DNA from: Squalus acanthias
Taxonomy: Eukaryota
Assembly (NCBI GenBank): GCA_030390025.1
Contig: CM059432.1
Location: forward strand, 88,662,001-88,726,000
Length of the DNA stretch: 64,000 nucleotides
Direction of reading: 5' to 3'
The notes below the pieces were generated by a model that worked only from the letters and a program-made list of their open reading frames with translations, was not told where the DNA came from and did not search any database. A program made the position numbers and the translations under genes. This document shows, one piece after another, positions 25,409 through 37,198 of the stretch (its first letter is position 1; the number at the start of each line of letters is the position of its first letter).

Positions 25409-27377
25409 CTACTTGTGCATTATCTTCCTCTTACGCGTGCTCCTACGTGGTGCTTCCCCTGTGGTTTTAGCAGATGTGGAGGCCCCTTGCTCACTTTTTT
25501 GCTTCTCCTGCCTCGACACCTTTGGCGGGTGTCCTCTGGGGTTGCGAGCCTGTGAGGGCTCGGCAACAGTCTGCTGCTCCTGCGGCTGTGCAGGGGCTGA
25601 GACGCTGATCTCAGTTGGGTGAGGACTCTGGTGGGGCTCTGACCGAGGGCTCTGCAGTGGCATGGTCGTGTGAGCACTTGGAGAGGAGTCCCCACTTCCT
25701 TGTTCTCTGCCACCAACATACCTCTCATGGGTCAGCCCCACTTCAGAGCTAGCAAGTGGCTTGACAGCACCTTGCTGCACTTTAGGGGGGCCATGAGGAC
25801 CCGTTCTGCACTGGACGTCCTACTCCAGAGGACTTCCATGAAGGTCTGGTTTCTCTGCTCAATAGCTGACCATCGCTCCTCAAGAGATGTCAGTCTATTC
25901 TGAACAATTACCATGTTTTCAAGACCCTGGCGACTAAGCTCCTCTACGGCCGTAGCCATCCTCTTCTCTACCATAGCCATCCTCTCCTCTACGGTAGCCA
26001 GCCTTACCACGGAGTTAGCCATCCTTTCCACGGAGGTTGACATCCTTTCCGTGGTGATGCGTTCATGTGCCAATGCCTCCAGAAAGGCTCTGCTCATGTT
26101 GGCGATGGACTCCTCCATTCGCTCCACACTCACAGCGACCCTGGAGACAAAACCTGCCAGAGAATCCTGCACCTGGTCCTGGAGTTCCAGCTCTCCTTCT
26201 GGATGGACCCGGAGGCACAGGGTCGACATGCAGCGGAGCCAAGCTGGGAGAGTCCTGCGCCCTCCAACGAGGACTCTCCACTGCTGTCCCTGTCTCCACC
26301 ATCTGCTGATGCTCACTTGTGAGCTGTGATACACCAGGTGACAACACTACTTTGTCACGCGAAGGTCCCACCGAGATGTGAGTGTCTGCGCTGGTGCTGG
26401 GTGAGCTGAATTCTGCTGACGCTGCGCCCTCAGAGGTTGCAGCTTCCTCTGAGGAATCTTGAAGCTCAGGCTGTTCCTCCTGGACAGTGGGGAGGGGGGC
26501 TGTCGATGGTCCTGTGAGGGTATAAAGGAAAGAGTTAGACATGTGAGATAAACGTTGCATGCACATTGAAGCATCATAATCCATATCAGTCACTCATGCA
26601 ATGTCAATGAGAGAGATGCAAAACGATTCTGTCACCAGCTTGCTGTGATGCGCCCATCTGTCCGTCCCCCACTTGCGCATCCTCCTTCACTCCCATGATC
26701 TCCAGGGCCGCCTCCTCTGCATTGGTGAGCTGGGCTATTGAGGGTGGCCCTCCTCCTGTCCTCGCCCTCTCCCTCTTATTGTGGGCTCTCTTTTCCTGCA
26801 ATGAGGGACACAAGTGGAGTTTGAGTGAGAATGAAGGAGTGAGTGTAGACAATCCATAGCATAGATGCTTAGAAGGACACAAAGATGGAGTGAGGTGCCA
26901 AGACCAAGGGCCCTCCCTGTGTGTTGTAAGTTGTTGTCATAGCATCACAGTGATAGGAAGTGTGAGGGCTGCATAGTTGAATAGTTAAGTGAATGTGAAC
27001 ATACAGAGAGAGGGAATGGGTAAGGGTGCAGTGATGTAAGGGTGAAGTGGGATGTGGAGGAGGAGGTTGACAAAGCAGAGTGCTGGTGATGAGAGGCGAT
27101 CGGGATCAGATTGAGGGTCATGGGGATAGAATACTCACTTTTCCTGTGCGGAGAAAGTCATGAATCCCCTTCTGCACTGCAGCCAGGTTCTGCTGCACAT
27201 TGAAATGGCATTCACCTCTTGTGCCACTTGCAGCCACACAGCTTTGGTCTGCTGTAGAGGCTTTTTCCTCCCTGAGGAAGGAAAGAGCACTTCCTTATTT
27301 GCTCTTGCTCCCTCCACCAGAGCTTGGAGGGAGGCCTCATCGAACCTGGGTGCACACTTTGGTCTGGTGCTGGACAT
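25409..27377 (-). pseudogene. Harbinger Myb/SANT-like gene (exons 27377-27139, 26795-26636, 26511-25409), frameshifted
   Basis: PRFDEASLQALVEG...WLQVAQEV...RTWLQCRR. 1-nt deletion near the end of exon 1 relative to copy G. Exon 2 EKRAHNKRERARTGGGPP. Further shifts in exon 3; basic C-terminus PRRSTRKRK. Confidence 0.85.
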
Positions 27378-28088
27378 ACTTGCAGAAGGAATCCCTCAGA
27401 AGTATGTTGATAAAGTTGTAAGGCTGAAAAAGAACCAAGGCTGCTTGCAGGCCTTAAATCCAGCTGCATAGATGACGAAAATCTGAGGCGAGTTTCAGTA
27501 TCAAAAGACTCATTGGGCCAGGGGTTCCCACACGCTGGAAATCAAGTGCCCAATTAGGGCAAAATCGCACTTTTGTCCCGCCTCACATGGGAGGCGGGGT
27601 CCTGACACGCCGACCACCTGACACGCCCCCAACCCGCCCCCAATGACAAAATCCAGCCCATTGTTTCCCACCCTTCAGTCTGTTTCTTATCCATTCCTCT
27701 GGTTTACCCTGAATCCCCACAGTTTTGGCTTTAATTAATCGCCTTTTATGTGGAACTTTATCAAAAGCCTTTGGGAGCCCATGTCATAGGGCTTACCACA
27801 ATCCATTTGTGTTGTCACATCCTCACGGAAGTCAAGGAGGGTAGTCAGGCAGAATCTTCTGTTCCGAATCCATGCTGACTGCTGTCAATTAGGTTATTGT
27901 TGTACAGATGATCTTCAAGTGTAATCCGATTAATTTTCCCAGCTTTTCTATGACCCAACCTGACTCGCCAGACCTTGACTTCTTCCATCCTTATCCTTGA
28001 TTATTTCCACCCCTTCCAGCCGCCTTTGGACCCCCATCCCTTGCATCGTCATGATTAAAGGCACAAGAGATCCACAAGTATACATAAT

Positions 28089-28869
28089 GGGCCATAATTT
28101 GCTGTCAAGATAATGGTGCAGCTAAGAGTGCTCACCGTTATTTATGCGCAAATGCTGCAGCAACTTCAGGAGAGGGCAGATGCGTGGTTAAATGTGAATT
28201 TCCAAAAGTTGCTGTCTGAGCTGTGCCGCTCCGCTGTTAGCTTCACGAAAACAATATCCCGCTGTCTGCTTCACCATTGAAATGCATTGAGCGGCGTGAA
28301 GATCCTGTACTTACTTGATAGATACGAACTAAAGCCACGCAGAAAGTTAAGTCTTGTCCATTTCAGTCTAAGTACCCTTTTAATGATGGGATAAATATTA
28401 ATTACTGCCCAATAAACTCTCTGGCACTGAAAATTAAGTATTACAAGTGCAAAGTTTCATTCCTTCAGGTTTTAATTGTTGTTGGAGATTTAAAAAATTC
28501 AAATCAAAAATTTTGGTTTTTACTTTTCATTTCTGTCTCTTTTCTCTCTCTCTTAATCCAATCTTTCTTCCCCCTCTATTTCTCTTTCTGTACATGATTT
28601 GACATTGAATTCACCCACTCTAATTTGCACTTCCTTCTCTATCCTTGCACTGTTAATTTTACAATCCTTCAATCTGATTGGTTAAGGAGATATACAGTTG
28701 CTTACCCTGTTCTTACAGATCCCAGATGCCCAGTTTCCCTCGCTGCGCCATTATCAGGTCGCACTTTCAGCAACTTGCCATGAAAAAATTTTAAAAACCT
28801 AAACGTGCAAGGGCAAGCCTTATTAATGACAGATGCTGTTAAATTGACTCCTACAACAAATTATGGTCT
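28089..28869. mobile_element. 781-bp Harbinger-type MITE (family M2)
   Basis: TIR GGGCCATAATTTGCTG / AGACCATAATTTGTTG. TSD AAT (28086-88 / 28870-72). Homologous to 35695-36412. Confidence 0.8.
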
Positions 28870-29064
28870 AATAAAGCTTGGGTGCAACATTGTGGCAGGC
28901 TTATGTTTATCATGAATGACAGCTGCATCCAGGTTTGTAACCTAAATAATGTTATGAAATTGCCAGTCTAAATGTAATGATTAAGAATTAAATTCTCATG
29001 AGTAATACCTATGAGGATGTTTAATATCCACCGTTTTCGTTGTCCTTTCTAGAAACTTTGGAAT

Positions 29065-29180
29065 TCTGGGATATGGGGATAGTGCGGGAAGGTGGAGTTG
29101 AGGTAGATGATCAGCCATGATCTTATTGAATCGAGGGGCCGAATGGCCCATTCGTGCTCCTATTTCTCATGTTCTTATGT
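29065..29180 (+). mobile_element. CR1 3' tail fragment
   Basis: GGGATATGGGGATAGTGCGGGAAGGTGGAGTTGAGG...GATCAGCCATGATCT matches tails at 31390-31524 and 45918-46040. Confidence 0.75.
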
Positions 29181-29295
29181 TATTAATACAATTTTACAAG
29201 ATAGTACTTTTAATATTAATTTATCAATACTTAAAGCACAAGCATTTTCTAATGATGCTTATACAATCCAAAGATAAGTTTTTAGCCCTTGGAAT

Positions 29296-31524
29296 CTGAA
29301 TTTAAATAAAGGAAACTACGATGGTATGAGCGCAAATTGGGTAGGATTGATTGGGGAATGTCACTCAAAGGGTTGACGGTGGATAGGCAATGGCAAACAT
29401 TCAAAGACTGCATGGATGAACTACAGAATTTGTTCATCCCAGTGTGGCATAAGAATAAAACAAAAAGGGTGACTCAACCGTGGCTAACAAGGGAAATTAG
29501 GGATAGCATAAGATCCAAGGAGAGGACATATAAATTGGCCAGAAAAAGCAGTAACCCTGAGGATTGGGAGCAGTTTAGGATTCAACAAAGGAGGACAAAG
29601 GGATTAATTAAGAAGGGGAAAATAGAATTTGAAAGTAAGCTTGCAGGGAACATAAAAACTGACTGTAAAAGCTTCTATAGATATGTGAAGAGAAAAAGAT
29701 TAGTGAAATCAAGTGTAGGTCCCTTGCAGTCAGAAGTGGGGGAAGTTATAATGGGGAACAAAGAAATGGCAGACCAATTAAATGCATATTTTGGTTCTGT
29801 CTTCACAAAGGAGGACACAAATAACCTTCCAGAGATGTTGGAGAACATAGGGTCTGATGAAAGGGAGGAACTGAAAGAAATCAGTATTTGCAGGGAAATG
29901 GTGTTAGGGAAATTGACGGGATTGAAGGCCGATAAATCCCCAGGGCCTGATAATCTACATCCTAGGGTACTTAAGGAAGTGGCCCTAGAAATAGTAGATG
30001 CATTGCTGATCATCTTCCAACATTTGATGGAATCTGGAACTGTACCCATGGATTGGAGGGTAGCTAATGTTACCCCACTATTCAAAAAGGGTGGTAGAGA
30101 GAAAGCGGGGAATTACAGACCGGTAAGCCTGACATCGGTAGTGGGGAAAATGCTAGAGTCCATTATAAAGGATGTAATAGCTGAGCACTTGAAAAACAGT
30201 GACAGGATCGGACAAAGTCAACATGGATTTACAAAAGGTAAATCGTGCTTGACTAATCTACTGGAATTTTTTGAGGATGTAACTGGGAAAATAGATAAGG
30301 GAGAACCAGTAGATGTGGTGTATTTGGACTTTCAAAAGGCTTTCGATAAGGTCCCGCATAAGAGATTAGCGTGTAAAGTTAAGGCACATGGGATTGGGGG
30401 CAAGGTATTGACTTGGATAGAGAACTGGTTGGCGGACAGAAAGCAGAGAGTAGGAATTAATGGGTCTTTTTCAGAGTGGCAGGCAGTGACTAGTGGGGTA
30501 CCGTAGGGTTCGGTCCTTGGACCCCAGCTATTCACAATATACATTAATGATCTGGATAAGGGAACTAAATGTAATATCTCCAAGTTTGCAGATGACACAA
30601 AGCTGGGTGGGCGTGTGTGCTCCGAGGAGGATACTGAGAAACTCCAGGATGATTTGGACAGGTTGGGTGAGTGGGCAGAAGCGTGGCAGATGCAATATAA
30701 CGTGGATAAATGCGAGGTTATCCACTTTGGTGTCAAAAACAGAAAGGCAGACTATTATCTGAATGGCAATAGATTGGGAGAAGGGGAAGTGCAACGAGAC
30801 CTGGGTGTCCTTGTGCACCAGTCGCTGAAGGTAAGCATGCAGGTGCAGCAGGTGGTGAAGAAGGCAAATGGTATGTTGGCTTTCATAGCGAAAGGGTTTG
30901 AGTATAGGAACAGGGATGTCCTGCTGCAGTTGTACAGGGCCTTGGTGAGACCACACCTTGAGTACTGTGTGCAGTTTTGGTCGCCTTATCTGAGGAAGGA
31001 TGTTCTTGCCATGGAAGGAGTTCAGCGAAGATTCACAAGGCTGATACCTGGGATGGCAGGAATGACATATGAGGAGAGATTGGGTCGATTGGGCTTATAC
31101 TCGCTAGAGTATAGAAGAATGAGAGGGGATCTGATCGAAACATATAAAATTCTGACAGGTCTGGACAAACTAGATGCAGGAAGAATGTTCCCGATGGTCG
31201 GAGAGTCCAGAACCAGGGGTCATAATCTAAGGATAAGGGGTAAGCCATTTAGGACAGAAATGAGGAAGAATTTCTTCACCTAGAGAGTGGTGAACCTGTG
31301 GAATTCTCTACCACAGAAGGTAGTTGAGGCCAAGTCATTAAATATATTCAAGAATGAGTTAGATATATTTCTTAAAGCTAAAGGTATCAAGGGATATGGG
31401 GAGAAGGCAGGTACAGGGTACTGAGTTTGGATGATCAGCCATGATCTCATCGAATGGCGGAGCAGGCTCGAGGGGCCGAATGGCCTACTCCTGCTCCTAT
31501 CTTCTATGTTTCTATGTTTCTATG
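29296..31524 (+). mobile_element. Young 5'-truncated CR1 LINE (~2.2 kb); RT in one frame with two TAG stops
   Basis: ORFs 29337-30506 and 30615-31283 share a frame. Motifs [22 protein letters not shown] and KFADDTK; (TTCTATGT)n tail. Confidence 0.95.
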
Positions 31525-31571
31525 CAGATTCCACTGGGAAATTTTCTTCGGAAGAACATCTGTGTGAATTT

Positions 31572-31781
31572 AAAAACAGAAAATGCTGGAAATACTCAGC
31601 AGGTCAGGCAGCATCTGTAGAGAGAGAACAGAGTTAACGTTTCAGGTCGTTGACCCTTCGTCATCAACCTGAAACGTTTACTCTGTTTCTCTCTCTGCAG
31701 ATGCTGCCTGACCTGCTGAGTATTTCCAGCATTTTCTGTTTTTATATCAGATTTCCAGCATCCGCAGTATTTTGTTTTTGT
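31572..31781. mobile_element. Minimal Penelope P2 insertion: two head-to-head pLTR ends plus tail
   Basis: 31571-31647 is the reverse complement of ~31667-31744. TSD ATCTGTGTGAATTT (31558-71) / ATCTGTGTAAATTT (31782-95). Confidence 0.82.
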
Positions 31782-31954
31782 ATCTGTGTAAATTTACTTG
31801 TCTTCAGCTGTAGTAATCTGTTGTATCCTGAGGATGAATTGTCCACCAGATTGTTGAGCTGGGAAGTGCAGTAGAGTAGTAGACGGGGACCCTATTCCTT
31901 CCACACAAATTGTATAGTCTATCCCATCATGAATATGTAGCCTCCCAACATGCA

Positions 31955-33440
31955 CTTCCACTGAAGCTGTGGAGTGCGCTGGCTGACAGACAACGACACA
32001 TATCAGGATGGCTCAGGGACTGAGGAAGAGGGCTCACAGGTTCTCAGAGGTGGCATTGGAGGTGCTAGCAGAGGAGGTACAGTGGAGGAGGGAGGTCCTG
32101 TACCCACAGGGGGGAAGGAAGCCATAGAGGCAGCTAATGTGGCGGATGGGGAGGAGATTGCCGAGGAAGTCACAACCAGGAGCACTGCCCTCAGGACATG
32201 GCTCCAGTGCCACAAAAAATGTAATGATTTGACACGAGTGGTCAAGGTATGATCCCATCTCACAAACACACTGCTCAATAACTGCACCAGCATCAAGATC
32301 ACAACCTCAACACACTTCATCCACCATTTAACTATACACTGACATTCACATACCCCACACTACTGCATCTTTCACAGGCACTACTCACACCTCAGGCACA
32401 GCTCACAGCTCTTCAACCATGTGAGGCATCACATATACACAAACACACCTGCCAATACACTCATTCACAATCACCACTCTTTCTCTTCCAGAATAAGATA
32501 GCATATAATAGGCACCAGCAGGACCTGACCGGGGGAGGGGAAGCACAAATCCATGAGATCACTCCCCTTGAGAAGGCAGTGCTAGCAGTCATCGGGAGGG
32601 GAGTGGCAGACAACATGGCCACAGGCAGAGCAGAGGAAGAGGCACCTCACCACCAACCCGCCCCCCCCCGGAGGAAGAGGAGGAGGAGGAGAGCGAAGAA
32701 GAATGCACTGCGTCAATCGCTACTGCTGTCGCAGGCACCAACTCAGAGACCGGCATCCCATGTCGAGGCTAGTTTAGAACAGGGATCCTCACAGTGGCAT
32801 GCACCGGGAACTAGTGGGCAGCAGCCACGCTGGGTGGTGGGGACACCACAGGTGCTACCTTGCCGGGGGGGCTAGGTCACATACTAGTTCTGCTGTAGAG
32901 GAGTCAGATGAGGATCTCGCAGGGTCAAGCTTTAGAAGAAGGCTGATGGATTTGACAAACCAAATGCTTGGTGCAATGGAGATCTGGCTTGAAAGCTTAG
33001 GGGTCATGGTTATGGGGATGGAGGTGTCTGCCTCCTGCTTGGCCCATGGCTTGACGCAGAGCCTGGAACTCATCCTGTCCAGTGTGGAGAGGCTGGCCAA
33101 TTCCATTCAGCATCCTGTGGAGCCAAACATCATGCAGTGTCTGATGACTGAGGTTGCAGCCTCCACTGCAGTCATTGCAGCTTCTGTGGAACACCATACA
33201 ACTTCTATGGAATGGCAAGCTTCAGGCTCTGGGCCCCTCGGTTGAAAGGGGCTTGCAGAGTGTCTCAGCTGGCCAGAGATCTGTCCTCCAGCAGATCACT
33301 GGGCTGGCTGAACAGACATCATAAGGTAGTGGCGTGGGAATCATGGAGCAGAAACCCACTGGCAGCATTCCTGCTCCCTCCCCGCCACTCCACCATTGCC
33401 CTTGCAGTTGCCTGTCACCCAGCCGGCCCAGACTGCTTTT
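31955..33440 (+). pseudogene. Harbinger Myb/SANT-like gene relic (no TIR or transposase seen)
   Basis: ATG 32007 MAQGLRKRAHRFSEVALEVL; RTWLQCHKKCNDLTRVVK|GTATGA; exon 2 after TTCCAG (NKIAYNRHQQ); exon 3 SSAVEESDEDL. Confidence 0.8.
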
Positions 33441-33444
33441 TAAA

Positions 33445-33728
33445 AAATTAATTCCTGGGATGTGGGCATCACTGGCAAGGCCAGCATTTATTGCCCATCC
33501 CTAATTGCCCTTGAGAAGGTGGTGGTGAGCCGCCTTCTTGAACCGCTGCAGTCCGTGAGGTGAAGGCACTCCCATAGTGCTGTTATGTGGTATGGGGAGA
33601 GAGCGGTAATATGGTATTGAGATAGAGGGTCAGCCATGATCATATTGAATGGCGGAGCAGGCTCGAAGGGCCGAATGGTCTAATCCTGCTCCTATTTTTC
33701 TAAGTTTTCTATGTTTCTATGTTTCATG
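33445..33728. mobile_element. LINE 3' end (-, 33445-33585) abutting a CR1 3' tail (+, 33587-33728)
   Basis: - strand ends FKKAAHHHLLKGN* plus a short UTR; + strand CAGCCATGATCATATTGAATGGCGGAGCAGG...TTCTATGT. Confidence 0.6.
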
Positions 33729-35694
33729 TTAAAATCCTCTTGAACATTCTCTGTGGTTTATAACTGTACCAATCAGTTGTATGAAAGCACTCAGATATAC
33801 ATTACGATTAAGCATATGATCTGCTAGAGGAAAAAATACATATTTAAACAAAATATCTTCTAGGTGAAGAACAAGTTCCACATAATTGAAATAAATGCAC
33901 TTGTGGAATAAAGTATTTCTACTGAGGAAGCTGTTTTCACATGATTTGTGGAAAGGGGTCATGAGCTAGCCTTGCACCATACAACTCATATTCCAAATAG
34001 CCAGCCACTGAGCCTCTGTCTCCCTCAAATGGATACAGGATGGCGGATTACTTCAGAATATGGCAGTCAGCGGAACTTTCAGGAAGCTAAGCATTTGTGA
34101 GCCCGAGCTAGTTATCACTTCTTGTTGAGCGATCTTTTCATTTAAGTTTTGCATTGCATTCATGGAGGATGCTCTGGTTGCTACTTGCTACATGGATGTA
34201 GTCCTGGGAGGCTATTTGGAGGTGGATTTGTAGCAGGGCAGAACTTTTGCCTGGTCTATGGTTGCATTCCTTGTCCCAAATCCTGGGGTGAGGAACATTT
34301 GCATAGTTCTGGTGGGAGCCAGTGCCATTCATGTGAGATGCAGACCTTTGGTGAGGAGGGGGAAGGGATTTAGTGGTGGGGCCTAGACACAGCATGTGGC
34401 CAGCATTGATGCAAAGAAATATAATAATCTTGCTGGTTTCGCTGTAGTCTGGTTTCCTGAAAGCAATTGAACATTCTGGGACACACAGATGTCCCTTGTT
34501 TGTTTTGTGGGCTCATGGCCATGAAATGATGGCGGCATGGTGCTCCTTTTTCTAGAGCTCGGTTTTAAAAAAGGAATCATCGATTGGCTTTGGGAAGGCA
34601 TTCTTTTAAAATTCAAATCCTCTTAAATTAATGGAGGATAATCAGGCAGGATCCTTTACAGATAAATGGCTCGATACGACCAATTGTCTGACATTCATTG
34701 CACCCAGGTGATGCAGTACACCTGGGCTCAGACCCAGGGAAAATCCTCCCTTCTACAGTATCTGCTCCATTCTACAATGCTCCACCGATTGCAAAATAAA
34801 ATATTTGCCAACTCACCATCAGCAATGCCCAGGAGCTCCACTAACGTGCATGTATCTCCCAGGATGTTGCTGATAGACAGAAATTAAATTAAAAATAAAA
34901 TGTATGTCTCTTTCTCTTTGTTTCCCATTCACTTCTGTTTGACGTCAATTCTTTCTCTCTCCCTTTTTGTTTCCTCTTTCCCTGTGTGTTTGGTTTTGAG
35001 ACATTTTCTGTTGTTGTCTCCATTATTATTTGTCTCCAAGTCTTTCTCAGTCTCTGTCTGCCTCTTTTTGTAAGTCTGTCCTTCTATCTGGCTTCTCTTT
35101 TGTATGTGTCCTCCTCTCTGATATGCCTGGCACACAGTTTGAATGTCTGTCTGAATCTGTTTTCTTTTTTGCCTATTTGCTTGCTTTATTGGTGTCCTGG
35201 ACCGTGAATGTCTCTCACACACTTTCTTAACTTCTCCACCTCAGGTGTTTTTTAGAAATGTTTTGAATTTGCTCTGCCTCTTTTCTCTTTCCGGAGGGGA
35301 GTAGGCAACATATGTATAAGAGACACTTAATTGACACTGAACATGTACAAAGGCCCGAAAAAGATCACAACCACACTTGCACACGCCACTAAAGGGCCAG
35401 AAAAGGAATACTCAGCTGCAAGGTCATGCATGCTCAAACCAAAGAAAAAGGTGGGAAAACATTGCAAGCCCTCAAGGCAGCACATCTATAGGACTGAAAA
35501 GCAACTCTGAGCTCTCAGGTTATACATGCAGAGGCACAGAAGACACTGTGATCCAAGGCCAAGTTCAGGGATCCCAGCTGTGGGAGTGGAGCAGAAAGTA
35601 GGCCTGAGGCCCTTGAGAGGGAGCAGCCTGTAAGGAAAAGCTGTTTTGGAAGATGGAATGAATATGATTAAGGGCAATGTATTTTCAGAGCTGT

Positions 35695-36412
35695 GGGCCG
35701 GAATTTGCTGAAAAAATAGCAGTGTGTGAACAACGCATGCTGTTATTAATGTACAAATCAACCAGCAATTTGTGGCGAGGAGGAGATATCCATGAATTGC
35801 GAATCGTCACAAGTTGCTGGATGATTTGTGTTGCTCCGTTGTTAGCGAAAATAGCAACTTGCACTTAACTTCCCCCATGAGTTTCATTAAGTTACTGCAT
35901 TTGCACATTAACTGCCCATTAAACTTGCCACAGAAAGTTGAGTCTAGTAATTTAACGATGTGATAATTGTTAATGATTGCCAATCAACCTCACTGGCCCA
36001 GAAAATGAATAATTAAAAGTATGGAGTTTTATTTCATCAGGTTTTAATTATTTTTGGAGATTTTAAAAATGTCAAATATTACATTTTTACATCTTTTTCT
36101 TAAATTTCCGTTCTATCTCTTTTTTCACTCTCAAGCTAATCTTTCTTTCCCTCTCTATTCTTTTTCTGTACCTGATTTGACAATGAATTCACCCACTCTA
36201 ATTCACCCGCCGTCTCAGGCCTTCGTCTCTTTGCTTCTTAATCCTTAAATCCCATTGGTTAAGAAGATACACTGTTTGTCCCATTGTTCACTAAGGTCCC
36301 AGATGCCCCGTTGCCCTTGCTGTGCCATTATCGGCTCGCACTTCCAGCAACTTACAGAGCAAAAGATTTTTGAGCTGAATCAAGATGCCCCACTCCAGCA
36401 AAATTCTGACTC
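35695..36412. mobile_element. MITE family M2 copy 2
   Basis: TIR GGGCCGGAATTTGCTG / GAGTCAGAATTTTGCTG; flanks TGT / TAT; colinear with 28089-28869. Confidence 0.7.
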
Positions 36413-36415
36413 TAT

Positions 36416-37198
36416 GGGGGTGATTTTACCAATGGGGAGCTTTTGGAGGCGGGACTCCCACTTGTCGGGTTTCAGTACCACCTCCATCAACTTCTGGCCA
36501 ACCCACGCTATTTTCCCTTGATTGACCTTGTTAAGCCCGCCCAGCGGGCTTAGCAGGCCAATTAAGGTAAAGCTGGTTGCAGAGCTCTGTGAAGCTGTCA
36601 AACAGTGACATTCTCTGTAGTTTGATGAGGTCTTGAATTCAAGACCTCATCAAACCTCTTTCTTTTGCAGAAATGAGATGGTTGTTGCATTGGAGAATGC
36701 AACAGCCATCTGTCATCTCTACCGCGGAGGTGAGAGACTCTCTGCATACCCACCGACTGAAGCCTGCAGGAAGAAACAAAGGTAAGTACACTTTTTCTAA
36801 CACTTTCCACTTACCTCAGATACTCACCTCTCCACACTTGCACCCATCACTTACCTTCACAGCACACTTTTGCAACCCCCCCCCCGACCCCCGCAGACCC
36901 ACTACTCGCCTCCCTGACCTGGCGGGGTTCGGAGCCTTCGGGAAGCCCGCACTTGTGTGGGCAAAATGGTGATAAGCCTATTTTCTGCCTGTTAACTACC
37001 TGTTAACAGGCAGTTAATTGGCTTTAATCCCTTCCCGCCTCCAAGGAGACGGGACCCGGCGCGGGACGGCTACCCACCTCCTGGCAAGATGGCATGGAGG
37101 CGGGTTGGGGGCGGGTTGGCACCTGCCCTCAAATTCTGCCATTTTCCCGGCAGTCCCGCCTCCATTCCTGCCTCCCCAGGGCTGGCACGATCGCGCCC
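36416..37198. mobile_element. 783-bp Harbinger-type MITE (family M3 copy 1)
   Basis: Starts GGGGGTGATTTT; decayed right TIR. TSD TAT (36413-15 / 37199-37201). Homologous to 39154-39996. Confidence 0.82.

Larger units (their letters stand above)
23388..27659. mobile_element. Full-length Harbinger copy D (family 2), 4272 bp
   Basis: TIR GGGCTGGATTTTG perfect for 13 bp (15 of 16). TSD ATT (23385-87 / 27660-62). Two convergent genes. Confidence 0.95.
23095..27950 (-). mobile_element. Old CR1 RT fragment (23095-23384 and 27663-27950) split by Harbinger copy D
   Basis: - strand [10 protein letters not shown] (27741-27771) and KFADDTK...WQMQFNAEKCKVLHIGRK (23122-23251) flank the insertion in the correct order. 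Confidence 0.75.

Noticed and set aside
33990..34890. Short ORFs (73-85 aa) in non-repetitive-looking DNA
   Set aside because: No recognisable motif, consistent frame or splice structure.
34900..35300. CT-rich stretch with 66-97 aa ORFs
   Set aside because: Low-complexity simple sequence.
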